A program made the translations under genes and the position numbers. Below are positions 1 to 8,674 of a stretch of 32,000 nt of DNA, piece by piece (position 1 is the stretch's first letter; the number at the start of each line of letters is the position of its first letter). This DNA comes from Verrucomicrobia bacterium UBA3869 (GTDB lineage Bacteria; Verrucomicrobiota; Verrucomicrobiia; Opitutales; UBA9783): assembly GCA_002392285.1 (NCBI GenBank), contig DGGR01000041.1, positions 1-32,000 of the forward strand, written 5' to 3'. Under the pieces are notes generated by a model that searched no databases, was not told where the DNA came from, and worked only from the letters and a program-made list of their open reading frames with translations.

Positions 1-93
1 TTTCCTTATAAGGCGTTTCCTTATAAGATTTTGGGGTTTTTCAGGGAATTGCAAGCTTTTTTGGGGGGGGGTGGTAGGAGCTATGCCGCTTCT

Positions 94-180
<87 letters not shown>

Positions 181-184
<4 letters not shown>

Positions 185-217
185 GTTTAACTAAAAACTA
201 AGTTTAGTTAAACGGAG
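181..217. other. Perfect 15-bp stem / 7-nt loop hairpin between the hppA stop and the tRNA-Ser 5' end
   Basis: CTCCGTTTAACTAAA (181-195) is the exact reverse complement of TTTAGTTAAACGGAG (203-217). The left arm includes the first 4 nt of the tRNA. A T-run (TGATTTTTT) follows on the + strand only. Confidence 0.6.
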
Positions 218-254
218 TATCTTGATTTTTTCAAGTTTATTTAACGCTCTTTGT

Positions 255-2426
255 TTAATGACAGGCAAGCGTTAGGCCAACTCCGATAATCGAAACAATC
301 GACATCAACTTCAAAAGAATGTTAAGGCTTGGCCCTGCTGTATCCTTAAAGGGATCTCCAACGGTATCCCCAATAACGGCTGCTTTATGAGCCTCCGAAC
401 CTTTACCGCCAAACTTTCCGGTTTCGATGTATTTTTTAGCATTATCCCAAGCACCCCCAGCATTAGCCATAAAGATTGCCAAAACGAATCCGCTGGATAA
501 GGTACCGGCCAACATACCGATTACACCAGGAACGCCCAATAGAACTCCCACCATAAAGGGGAAACTGACGCACAAAATGGCGGGAACAATCATCTCTTTT
601 TGCGCCGATTCGGTTGAAATCTTAACACACAAGGAGTAATCTGGTTTTGCTTCACCGGTTAAAATTCCCTTGATTTCCCTAAACTGGCGGCGTACTTCAT
701 CGACCATTTTGGAAGCTGCACGACCCACCGCATTCATAGATAATCCGCAGAACACAAACGCCAGCATGGAACCGATAAACATACCCATGAGTACCTTCGG
801 ATTGAGCAAATGCACATCGAAGTAATGCATCAATTGGATTAAATCGATATCCGAAACATGGACCGAGCGACCATCAACCATAATCGTTGTATGTCCAGCG
901 CGCGCCAATCCCATTTTGAGCTCTTGTACATAAGAGGCAATCAGGGCTAAGGCTGTTAAGGCTGCAGAACCAATAGCAAACCCTTTCCCGGTAGCGGCCG
1001 TAGTGTTTCCAATTGCATCCAACGCATCGGTACGGGTACGAACTTCTTCAGGCAATCCACTCATCTCAGCGTTTCCACCGGCGTTATCTGCAATAGGACC
1101 ATACGCATCGGTTGCTAAGGTAATTCCCAAGGTGGATAGCATACCAACCGCTGCCAAACCAATTCCATACAAACCACGATTGAACAAAGACAGTTGGAAA
1201 TGAGAGGCAAAGCCGAAGGCCAAGGCCATTCCAATAACAACCGCAAATACCGGTAATAGGGTCGATATCATTCCCTCACCTAGCCCACCAATAACCACCG
1301 GACCTGCGCCTGTATCTGCTTTTTCAGCAATACGGCGGGTTGGGCTATAATCGCTGGATGTATAGTATTCGCAACCCTTTCCGATTACGATACCGGTAAT
1401 TAAACCAGCAACCAGCGCTGACCACAACGCAGCATCAAATCCCAAAATCCGGCATAAGAAATAAGAAACCACAATCAATCCACCTGCAGCTATATGAATT
1501 CCTTTATCCAAGGCCTTTAAGATTGCTTTTCCGGACTCTGCTCCGGTAACTTTTACATTGAAAATACCTACCAACGACAAGAAGATACCAAATGCTCCTA
1601 CGAGTACAGGTGCTAATACTGCATTCCATTGTAGGTCAGAATTTGCAAAGGCAATCGCACCTAAGGAAGCAGCTGCAATGATCGAGCCATAGTAAGATTC
1701 ATACAAATCGGCTCCCATCCCTGCAACATCCCCAACATTATCTCCGACGTTATCTGCAATTGTCGCTGGATTTCTTGGATCATCTTCAGGAATATTGGCT
1801 TCTACTTTACCTACTAAATCAGCACCAACATCTGCTGCTTTTGTAAAAACGCCGCCTCCAACACGTGCTAACAATGCATTTAAGGAAGCTCCAATTCCGA
1901 AAGTAACCATCGTGGTTGTGATTAATGTAGCACGTTCGCCTGCAGGGATATTTTCCGTGAAACGATTCAAAACGAAGAACCAAAAAGAATAATCGAGAAT
2001 CGCCAAACCTACAACCACCAATCCCATAACGGAGCCGCTACGGAAAGCAATCATCAGTCCTTTATTCAACGAATGCCGAGCAGCTTCTGCCGTACGAGCC
2101 GAGGCTGCGGTTGCTGTTTTCATGCCTAAGAATCCAGCAAGACCCGACAAGAATCCACTCGATAAAAACGCAAACGGTACCCATTGGTTTTGCAATTGGA
2201 ACCCATAGGCTAAAATCGCTAAAAATACAGCTAAGCAACCGAACAAGCATGCTACAACCTTATACTGTTGCTTTAAGTAGGCCATGGCTCCTTCTCGTAC
2301 GTAACCTGCAATGGTACGCATCGTTTCGTTACCTTCATCTGTCTGCATCATTTGCCCATAAAAATATGCAGCAAAACCTAGGGCTGTTAAACCCGCTAAT
2401 GGCGCTAACCAGAACAATCCACTCAT
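255..2426 (-). CDS. hppA: Membrane-integral pyrophosphatase (M-PPase), K+-dependent subtype, predicted Na+-type gate
   Basis: 723-aa polytopic ORF with M-PPase motifs [20 protein letters not shown] and [18 protein letters not shown]. An AAGGA lies just upstream of the ATG. Confidence 0.95.
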   Translation of the reverse strand: MSGLFWLAPLAGLTALGFAAYFYGQMMQTDEGNETMRTIAGYVREGAMAYLKQQYKVVACLFGCLAVFLAILAYGFQLQNQWVPFAFLSSGFLSGLAGFLGMKTATAASARTAEAARHSLNKGLMIAFRSGSVMGLVVVGLAILDYSFWFFVLNRFTENIPAGERATLITTTMVTFGIGASLNALLARVGGGVFTKAADVGADLVGKVEANIPEDDPRNPATIADNVGDNVGDVAGMGADLYESYYGSIIAAASLGAIAFANSDLQWNAVLAPVLVGAFGIFLSLVGIFNVKVTGAESGKAILKALDKGIHIAAGGLIVVSYFLCRILGFDAALWSALVAGLITGIVIGKGCEYYTSSDYSPTRRIAEKADTGAGPVVIGGLGEGMISTLLPVFAVVIGMALAFGFASHFQLSLFNRGLYGIGLAAVGMLSTLGITLATDAYGPIADNAGGNAEMSGLPEEVRTRTDALDAIGNTTAATGKGFAIGSAALTALALIASYVQELKMGLARAGHTTIMVDGRSVHVSDIDLIQLMHYFDVHLLNPKVLMGMFIGSMLAFVFCGLSMNAVGRAASKMVDEVRRQFREIKGILTGEAKPDYSLCVKISTESAQKEMIVPAILCVSFPFMVGVLLGVPGVIGMLAGTLSSGFVLAIFMANAGGAWDNAKKYIETGKFGGKGSEAHKAAVIGDTVGDPFKDTAGPSLNILLKLMSIVSIIGVGLTLACH

Positions 2427-2451
2427 AATCCTTAATATTTTTTACAATTTC

Positions 2452-2479
2452 AGTATAGTGATTTCCAAAATTTTTACAA
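2452..2479 (-). promoter_or_regulatory. Candidate sigma70-type promoter for hppA
   Basis: On the minus strand: TTGTAA-N16-TATACT, 25 nt upstream of the hppA ATG. Confidence 0.35.
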
Positions 2480-2686
2480 GCCCCTTAACGAACTTCCCTG
2501 CCTTAATAATTTAAAAAATCTAGCTGAATAGACGTAATGCCCTTTTCGCGAATTAACGCACGAATAACCCTGTTTTCATATAATTTACGCAAAAAATACC
2601 TCATATATATTACTTTTACTTAAAAAATCAGTTTAATAGCAAGCACAAGTTCATGCGTGAAATGGTTCCTGGTTAAAATAAGCTTG

Positions 2687-2721
2687 ATTATCAAAAACCA
2701 ATTGACACTTTTTTTGATAAT
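2687..2721. promoter_or_regulatory. 11-bp perfect inverted repeat (operator-like) immediately upstream of topB
   Basis: ATTATCAAAAA (2687-2697) and TTTTTGATAAT (2711-2721) are exact reverse complements, separated by 13 nt that contain TTGACA. The right arm ends 6 nt before the ATG. Confidence 0.5.
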
Positions 2722-2727
2722 TGCCTC

Positions 2728-5208
2728 ATGAAACAGCTGGTAATTGCTGAAAAACCAAGCGTTGCGAAAGATTTAGCGAAAGCGCTAGGAGGATTTAAGA
2801 CTAATAAAGCCGGATATTTTGAGCGGGATGATATGATTTTATCTTCCGCCTTAGGGCATTTGGTCGAGCTGTATTTACCCGGAGATATTGATAAAAAATA
2901 TAAATTTTGGACACTCAAAAATTTGCCCATTTTACCGGAAAAATTTCAATTAAAGCCTATTGAAAAAAGTGCTGAGCGTTTCCATTTTTTAAAAAAGCTG
3001 ATGGAGCGTTCGGATGTATCAGGGTTGATCAATGCCTGTGATGCCGGTCGCGAAGGGGAATTGATCTTTGCGTATCTATGTGAATTGGCAAATTGTAAAA
3101 AACCTACGCAACGGTTATGGCTTTCCTCCATGACGCCTGATGCCATCCGCGACGCCTTTGCTCATCTACGAAGCGCTGAAAGTATGCAGTCGTTAGAAGC
3201 CGCCGCCCGTTGCCGTTCCGAAGCAGATTGGTTGGTAGGTATCAATGGAACACGTGCGGTAACCGGCCGTATGATGGGAAATCGCTCAAAAGATGTTGCG
3301 AGCGTCGGTCGGGTTCAAACGCCTACCTTGGCACTTATTTGCGAACGCGAACAAGCCATCCGCGACTTCAAACCTACTCCTTTTTGGACCTTAGAAGGAA
3401 CGTTTAAGCTGCACTCAGGTACTTATACAGGTTGGCTTCAGCGCCCAAACTTTAAAAAGCAACAGGAAGGAGATCGCAGTGATCGTTTTTGGCAGGAATC
3501 GGAAACGCAAGCCTTAATAACCCAGCTTAATAGCCTTACACCAACGGATTGGGTGGTTAAGGACACCCAAAAACCGTCCAAAACAGCTGCTCCGCGTTTG
3601 TTTGACTTAACCTCCTTGCAACGTACCTGCAACCAACGCTTTGGGTATTCGGCAAAATTTACGTTGGATATGGCGCAAAGTTTGTACGAAAAGCATAAAG
3701 CGCTCACCTATCCCCGTACCGATTCGCGTGCTTTGCCTGAGGATTATGGCCCAACCTGTATCAACATCCTTAGAAAATTAGGCGGAGCTTATGCACCCTT
3801 AGCGACTAAGGTTATTGAACATCATTGGGTCAATCCTCGTTCGAAAATCATTTTTAATAACAAAGCCATTTCCGACCACTTTGCTATTATTCCAACCGAA
3901 ATTGTCCCCAAAGAGCTCAAGGAAAGCGAACGAAAGGTATACGATTGTGTTGTACGACGTTTTATTGCTGCCTTCTTCCCCCCTGCTGAATTTTCAACCA
4001 CTACACGCTTAACGACTCAGGCTGGGTTAACCTTTAAAACGGAAGGGAAGCTGCTCGTCCAACCTGGGTGGTTAGAAGTGACTGGAAAGCCAGAATCAAA
4101 AGAAGACCTACCTGCCTTAACTCCTGATGATCAGGGGCATGCAACCAGCGAGGCTTTTCAGGTTCACGCAGACGAAACGCGTCCACCGGCTCGCTTCACC
4201 GAAGCGACCTTGTTAACCAGCATGGAGCACGCAGGGCAACAGGTTGAAGATGCAGAATGGGCTGAAGCCATGAAAGAACGTGGATTAGGGACCCCTGCCA
4301 CACGCGCCCAAATTATTGAGAATCTAATCGGAGTGCATTATCTCGAACGGGTTGAAAAGCATCTATGTCCTACGCCTAAAGCTGAACAGCTATTAGCGTT
4401 TTTAAAGCTAACGCAGGTACAGGACTTAGCAAGTCCAACCCTTACGGGCGAATGGGAGTATCGATTAAATCAGATCCAGGATGGATCTCTGAATCGCGAA
4501 CAATTCATGGAAGATATAAAAACGATGACAAAGCAGCTCGTGGAAAAGATTACCACGTTCCAAGACTATCAAAACACGCTAAAGGTTCTAGCTCCAACCG
4601 ATGGGAAGCCAATGATTGAAACCTTTCGGGCGTATCAATCCCAAGATGGCGCTTTGGTGATTTACAAAACCATCGGTAACCGCCAGTTATCGCTTGAAGA
4701 GCTTGATACGCTGATCAATCAAAAGCGGATTGGTCCCCTGACCGGCTTTACCTCTAAATTAGGCAAGCCCTATACGGCTTCGCTTGTTTTAGGTGATGAT
4801 TACAAGGTGAAGTTTGAGTTTGAATCCAAAACCGAATCGAATCCAATCGATTTAAGCCTATGCGAACGGATCGGAACATGCCCCCTCTGCGGAGCTAAGG
4901 TCTATGTGAATGACCAAACCTTGGTATGCGAACATTTTTCGCAAAAGACCTGCGGATTGCGCATCAAACGCACGATTTTGGACTACACCTTATCGAACGA
5001 TCAATTGGTGTATTTGTTAAACAATGGAAAGACAGAGTTGATTACCCGCTTTAAATCAAAACGCACGGGAAAGTTTTTTTCAGCTTATTTGGTGCTGAAC
5101 AAAAATGGTTCCCTTAGCTTTGAATTTGAATCCAAGGCTAACAAGACTACCGATGAAAAGCAGCCGAAGAAGGTGAAAAAAGCAAAAGCGAAAACAAAAT
5201 CAGCTTAA
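2728..5208 (+). CDS. topB: DNA topoisomerase III (type IA) with duplicated C-terminal module, zinc ribbon and Lys-rich tail
   Basis: 826-aa ORF. Toprim motifs LVIAEKPS and DAGREGE are present, with the active-site Tyr motif LTYPRTDS. The C-terminus has two modules of about 58 aa, each ending in FEFES, a CPLC...C...C element, and a KKVKKAKAKTK tail. Confidence 0.9.
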   Translation: MKQLVIAEKPSVAKDLAKALGGFKTNKAGYFERDDMILSSALGHLVELYLPGDIDKKYKFWTLKNLPILPEKFQLKPIEKSAERFHFLKKLMERSDVSGLINACDAGREGELIFAYLCELANCKKPTQRLWLSSMTPDAIRDAFAHLRSAESMQSLEAAARCRSEADWLVGINGTRAVTGRMMGNRSKDVASVGRVQTPTLALICEREQAIRDFKPTPFWTLEGTFKLHSGTYTGWLQRPNFKKQQEGDRSDRFWQESETQALITQLNSLTPTDWVVKDTQKPSKTAAPRLFDLTSLQRTCNQRFGYSAKFTLDMAQSLYEKHKALTYPRTDSRALPEDYGPTCINILRKLGGAYAPLATKVIEHHWVNPRSKIIFNNKAISDHFAIIPTEIVPKELKESERKVYDCVVRRFIAAFFPPAEFSTTTRLTTQAGLTFKTEGKLLVQPGWLEVTGKPESKEDLPALTPDDQGHATSEAFQVHADETRPPARFTEATLLTSMEHAGQQVEDAEWAEAMKERGLGTPATRAQIIENLIGVHYLERVEKHLCPTPKAEQLLAFLKLTQVQDLASPTLTGEWEYRLNQIQDGSLNREQFMEDIKTMTKQLVEKITTFQDYQNTLKVLAPTDGKPMIETFRAYQSQDGALVIYKTIGNRQLSLEELDTLINQKRIGPLTGFTSKLGKPYTASLVLGDDYKVKFEFESKTESNPIDLSLCERIGTCPLCGAKVYVNDQTLVCEHFSQKTCGLRIKRTILDYTLSNDQLVYLLNNGKTELITRFKSKRTGKFFSAYLVLNKNGSLSFEFESKANKTTDEKQPKKVKKAKAKTKSA

Positions 5209-6231
5209 CGCGGTTTTGATGATTTCCCAATAACGGCGCAACTTCCATGAATAATGAGGCTGGAAGAACGTACACCGTTCCATTTCCGTACCCGGAAGTC
5301 CTAAGCGCATACATTCTTTACAAAAATCCACCTTTTGGTGCCATTCCGGAAGCTTGTCTTTTGTCAGATCCAATACGTTTCCGATAGGATCTTGAATGTT
5401 ACAGCAGGGCAATACCTCACCTTTAGCATTGATCGCTAATCCATTACGGAACCAGTCGCATTGCGTGGTCGGAGTCTTATGCCGTGCATTCAAGCTCATG
5501 AACAAGTCCTGAGCAATCCGTGTCAGATAATCGCTAGGCAATGCTTCCTGCAAAAATTTCCCCCATTTTCTAAAATCAATTGGAAACGCAAAATAAGGAT
5601 CCAAGATAATGTTCAAGGATTTCGCAAATTCATAAGCTGCTGGAATTTCGTGAATATTGAATTGATATACATGGAAGCGAATCGTAATCCGTCCGATACA
5701 TCCATGGCGCCTTAACGTCCGTACCCACACCCGAATATTGTTTTTGATGTGTTCAAAATCAAAGCGATGAATCCGATCATAGGATGCTTGGCTAAAACCG
5801 CACATGGAAATAAACATGGAGGTAATGGAGCTTGCATCAAAGGTGTTCGGTAACGAAGGCAAAACATTCGCATTAGTACTTAAATCCAACAGGCATTGCT
5901 CCTCGTTAGCGATTTCAACAATTTTTGCAAACTCTGGGTGCAATAGCGGCTCATACCAAATATACAGCACCAATTCGCTACCTGGGGTTAAAAAATTTTT
6001 TGCCTTTAGATCCTTAATAATCGTTCGGAAGAGCTCTACATCCATGAACCGATTACCCTCGCAAGCAACAGGCATATGGTTACGGTTCGCCATTCCGGTT
6101 GGGCAAAAATAACATTGAGCGTTACATACCTGACTAATATCCATCAACACCTGATTTTTCGCAGATTCCGGCAGCTTGCGGTACGCATTAATGCGTTTAA
6201 TCGTCGATAGGGTTTTTAAGATTTGGGTCAT
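5200..6231 (-). CDS. Radical SAM enzyme with partial SPASM/twitch-like Cys-rich C-terminus
   Basis: CNAQCYFC (CX3CX2C) lies near the N-terminus, followed by a YEPLL motif. The C-terminus reads C-X12-G-X4-C(C)...C-X2-C...C. ATG at 6231 is preferred over the TTG at 6237 used by the ORF track. The 3' end overlaps topB convergently by 9 nt. Confidence 0.8.
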   Translation of the reverse strand: MTQILKTLSTIKRINAYRKLPESAKNQVLMDISQVCNAQCYFCPTGMANRNHMPVACEGNRFMDVELFRTIIKDLKAKNFLTPGSELVLYIWYEPLLHPEFAKIVEIANEEQCLLDLSTNANVLPSLPNTFDASSITSMFISMCGFSQASYDRIHRFDFEHIKNNIRVWVRTLRRHGCIGRITIRFHVYQFNIHEIPAAYEFAKSLNIILDPYFAFPIDFRKWGKFLQEALPSDYLTRIAQDLFMSLNARHKTPTTQCDWFRNGLAINAKGEVLPCCNIQDPIGNVLDLTKDKLPEWHQKVDFCKECMRLGLPGTEMERCTFFQPHYSWKLRRYWEIIKTALS

Positions 6232-6268
6232 AAGCAATTACTCTAAGCCATTGAAACAATAACGTTAC

Positions 6269-6297
6269 TTGCTATATCTGAGCGATTAGTCTAATAT
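6269..6297 (+). promoter_or_regulatory. Candidate promoter placing the TSS at or next to the ATG of the transporter gene
   Basis: TTGCTA (6269-6274)-N17-TAATAT (6292-6297), then 7 nt to the ATG at 6305. No Shine-Dalgarno sequence is present. Confidence 0.4.
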
Positions 6298-6304
6298 ACT
6301 ATGT

Positions 6305-7678
6305 ATGCCTGTTGCTAGTGATTCAATCACAAACTTTCAACAAACGCCGTTATTCAGCCTTTTGGGGCAAAAAATAGCGGAAGATCCGTTTCGACTGATC
6401 AGTGCAATTATTTTTTTGTGCGCCATTCTACATACCTTCTTTTGCAGTAAATTCAGCACAAAAGCGCGGCAATTGGAACAGGCAAACTGTGATAGCTACA
6501 AAGTGTCCATTTTTCATTGGCTTGGAGAGGTAGAGGTAATTTTTGGATTGTGGCTCATCCCGCTGTTAGTGAGCTTTATTTGTTTTAAGGGATGGGATGC
6601 AACGGTTCAGTATTTTACAACGCGTCACTACACTGAACCAATATTTGTGTGCATCATCATGATGATAGCAGCTACACGTCCTATTTTATATGTAGCGGAA
6701 CGCTTTATACGCCTAGCGGTTAATAGCTTAGGAGGGGAACGTCCATCCACTTGGTGGTTTTGCATTCTAACCATTGCTCCTTTGTTTGGCTCTCTGATTA
6801 CCGAACCCGCTGCAATGACGATTGCTGCCTTACTGTTATCGCATAAGGTTTTTGTTTACAAACCTAACGTTTGGTTTTCGTATGCGACTCTAGGCTTGCT
6901 GTTCGTTAATGTATCGATTGGTGGCACTCTAACCCACTTTGCCGCCCCTCCCGTCTTGATGGTAGCCAATACGTGGCATTGGACCACCTATTATGTATTC
7001 TCGCATTTTGGGGTTAAAACAATCATAAGTGTTATCACCTCAAGCATACTGTACTTTTTATTCTTTGCCCCTCACTTGCATACGCTCAATAAGCGCGCAA
7101 AAATAGAACCGCTATCATCCCAGAATGAACAAACATTACCGCTGGGAATTATCCTAACCCATGTTGTTTTTTTGGCATGGACCGTGCTGAATGCCCATCA
7201 TACCGTTTTCGTCGTGTTTGGAGGACTACTGTTCTTGATGGTCGTTCAAATCTTTAAAACCTATCAATCACCTATAGCCCTTAAGGAATCCCTGTTGGTT
7301 GGATGTTTCTTGGCGGGGCTCGTAACGCATGGTGGATTGCAAGAATGGTGGATTGAAGCCATTTTATCGCGACTCAATGACGTTTGTCTGTTTTACGGAT
7401 CGCTTATCTTAACCTCTTTTAACGACAATGCGTCATTAACCTACTTAGCATCCCTTGTCCCAGCATTTGGGAATCATTTTCAACTGCAATCGGCGGTGGT
7501 TAGCGGCGCAGTGATTGGTGGCGGATTAACCGTCATTGCCAACGCGCCGAATCCAGCTGGGCAATCCATCTTATCCAAGTTTTTTGCTCATCATACCATC
7601 AAGCCGGTACCGCTATGTATTGGGGCGTTAATCCCAACCGCTACCGCAATTTATATTTTTCGCTACCTGCTTGCGTAA
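6305..7678 (+). CDS. Polytopic membrane transporter, IT-superfamily-like (ArsB/NhaD/DUF1504 'putative Na+/H+ antiporter' type)
   Basis: 457-aa ORF with many hydrophobic segments. Two re-entrant-loop-like motifs, GGTLTHFAAPP and GGGLTVIANAPNP, occur in the two halves. The family assignment is from memory, not from a search. Confidence 0.55.
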   Translation: MPVASDSITNFQQTPLFSLLGQKIAEDPFRLISAIIFLCAILHTFFCSKFSTKARQLEQANCDSYKVSIFHWLGEVEVIFGLWLIPLLVSFICFKGWDATVQYFTTRHYTEPIFVCIIMMIAATRPILYVAERFIRLAVNSLGGERPSTWWFCILTIAPLFGSLITEPAAMTIAALLLSHKVFVYKPNVWFSYATLGLLFVNVSIGGTLTHFAAPPVLMVANTWHWTTYYVFSHFGVKTIISVITSSILYFLFFAPHLHTLNKRAKIEPLSSQNEQTLPLGIILTHVVFLAWTVLNAHHTVFVVFGGLLFLMVVQIFKTYQSPIALKESLLVGCFLAGLVTHGGLQEWWIEAILSRLNDVCLFYGSLILTSFNDNASLTYLASLVPAFGNHFQLQSAVVSGAVIGGGLTVIANAPNPAGQSILSKFFAHHTIKPVPLCIGALIPTATAIYIFRYLLA

Positions 7679-7711
7679 CCGGCATCATTATTGCTTTTCA
7701 TTCATTGCCGT

Positions 7712-8530
7712 ATGGAACGATTGAAAGGCAAAGTTGCTATTATTACTGGAGCGGCAAAAGGGATTGGGGCAGCAACCGCAAAATTATTTGCGGACGAAGG
7801 CTGCCTAGTTATTGCAACCGATATTTTGGATGATGTTAAGAACCAATGGATCCAACAATATCCTCGTATTCAGTATTATCATTTAGACGTTACTGATGAA
7901 TCTAATTGGGAAAAATGTTTTGACTGGGCCGTGCGGCAATTTGGTCATGTGGATATTTTATTCAACAATGCCGGGATTATTGGGGATGCGGCTACATTTG
8001 GTCCACAAAATCCGGAACAAACCTCTTTAGCCTCATGGAAAACCATTCACACCATCAATCTAGATAGCGTATTTTTAGGCTGTAAGTATGCCATTAAATA
8101 CATGAAAACCGACGGAGGTTCGATTATCAACATGTCCTCTCGTTCTGGTCTAGTAGGGATTCCAAACGCAAGCGCTTATTCCTCGTCAAAAGCTGCCATC
8201 CGAAATTACACAAAAACCGTAGCATTATACTGTGCTCAAAAGGGTTATAAAATTCGGTGTAATTCAATTCATCCCGCTGCTATTGCAACCGATATATGGA
8301 ATGCTCATTTGGGAACCAATAAAGCTGAACGCAAACGTACACTACAAACGATCATCGCAGGGATTCCGTTAGGCCATATGGGAACCCCTTTAGATGTAGC
8401 TTATTTAGTGCTCTATTTGGCTTCCGACGAATCCAGTTTTATGACGGGAAGTAAACTGGTATTAGACGGTGGTATACTGGCCGGATGCGCTTCAGCCCCA
8501 AGTGCTGGCATTCGTAACCAAGATGGTTAA
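7712..8530 (+). CDS. Short-chain dehydrogenase/reductase (classical SDR)
   Basis: Carries TGAAKGIG (TGxxxGxG), NNAG and the catalytic S...YSSSK. The ATG at 7712 (MERLKGKVAIITG) is preferred to the TTG at 7691. Confidence 0.9.
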   Translation: MERLKGKVAIITGAAKGIGAATAKLFADEGCLVIATDILDDVKNQWIQQYPRIQYYHLDVTDESNWEKCFDWAVRQFGHVDILFNNAGIIGDAATFGPQNPEQTSLASWKTIHTINLDSVFLGCKYAIKYMKTDGGSIINMSSRSGLVGIPNASAYSSSKAAIRNYTKTVALYCAQKGYKIRCNSIHPAAIATDIWNAHLGTNKAERKRTLQTIIAGIPLGHMGTPLDVAYLVLYLASDESSFMTGSKLVLDGGILAGCASAPSAGIRNQDG

Positions 8531-8543
8531 GCTTAAGCGCTTT

Positions 8544-8567
8544 GCGACAATAGCTGTTGCTCTTTTT
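8544..8567 (+). terminator. Intrinsic terminator of the transporter-SDR unit
   Basis: GCGACA-ATAGC-TGTTGC hairpin followed by TCTTTTT, 14 nt after the SDR stop codon. Confidence 0.55.
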
Positions 8568-8640
8568 ATGAATCGATCAAAGCAATGAATTAAGGTTCAT
8601 AAAGTACTAACCCATTGTTTGTTGTTATCACGTTATTTAA

Positions 8641-8668
8641 TTGACCTTAGACTTAAAAATGATATAAT
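8641..8668 (+). promoter_or_regulatory. Orphan near-consensus sigma70-type promoter
   Basis: TTGACC (8641-8646)-N16-TATAAT (8663-8668). No protein-coding ORF lies downstream on this strand. Confidence 0.45.
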
Positions 8669-8674
8669 ATTTTT

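Noticed and set aside
427-2428. Several 60-105-aa + strand ORFs inside hppA (427-639, 1003-1203, 1795-1992, 2111-2428).
   Set aside because: They are entirely antisense to a high-confidence, motif-rich CDS. Their composition is low-complexity and Pro/Ser/Ala-rich, as expected from reading a membrane-protein gene backwards. They have no promoter or RBS.
2537-2623. A 28-codon ORF (MPFSRINARITLFSYNLRKKYLIYITFT) in the hppA/topB intergenic region.
   Set aside because: It has no RBS or convincing promoter, and its composition simply mirrors AT-rich DNA. Nothing suggests it is translated.
2687-2721. Reading the ATTATC...GATAAT arms as a Fur box.
   Set aside because: Fur boxes are contiguous 19-bp arrays of the hexamer. 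Here the hexamers are 24 nt apart. The element is kept only as a generic operator-like inverted repeat.
2427-2727. The AT-rich 300-bp hppA/topB divergent region as a possible replication origin.
   Set aside because: I found no cluster of DnaA-box-like 9-mers (TTATCCACA). No dnaA or dnaN lies nearby. An ordinary divergent promoter region is the simpler explanation.
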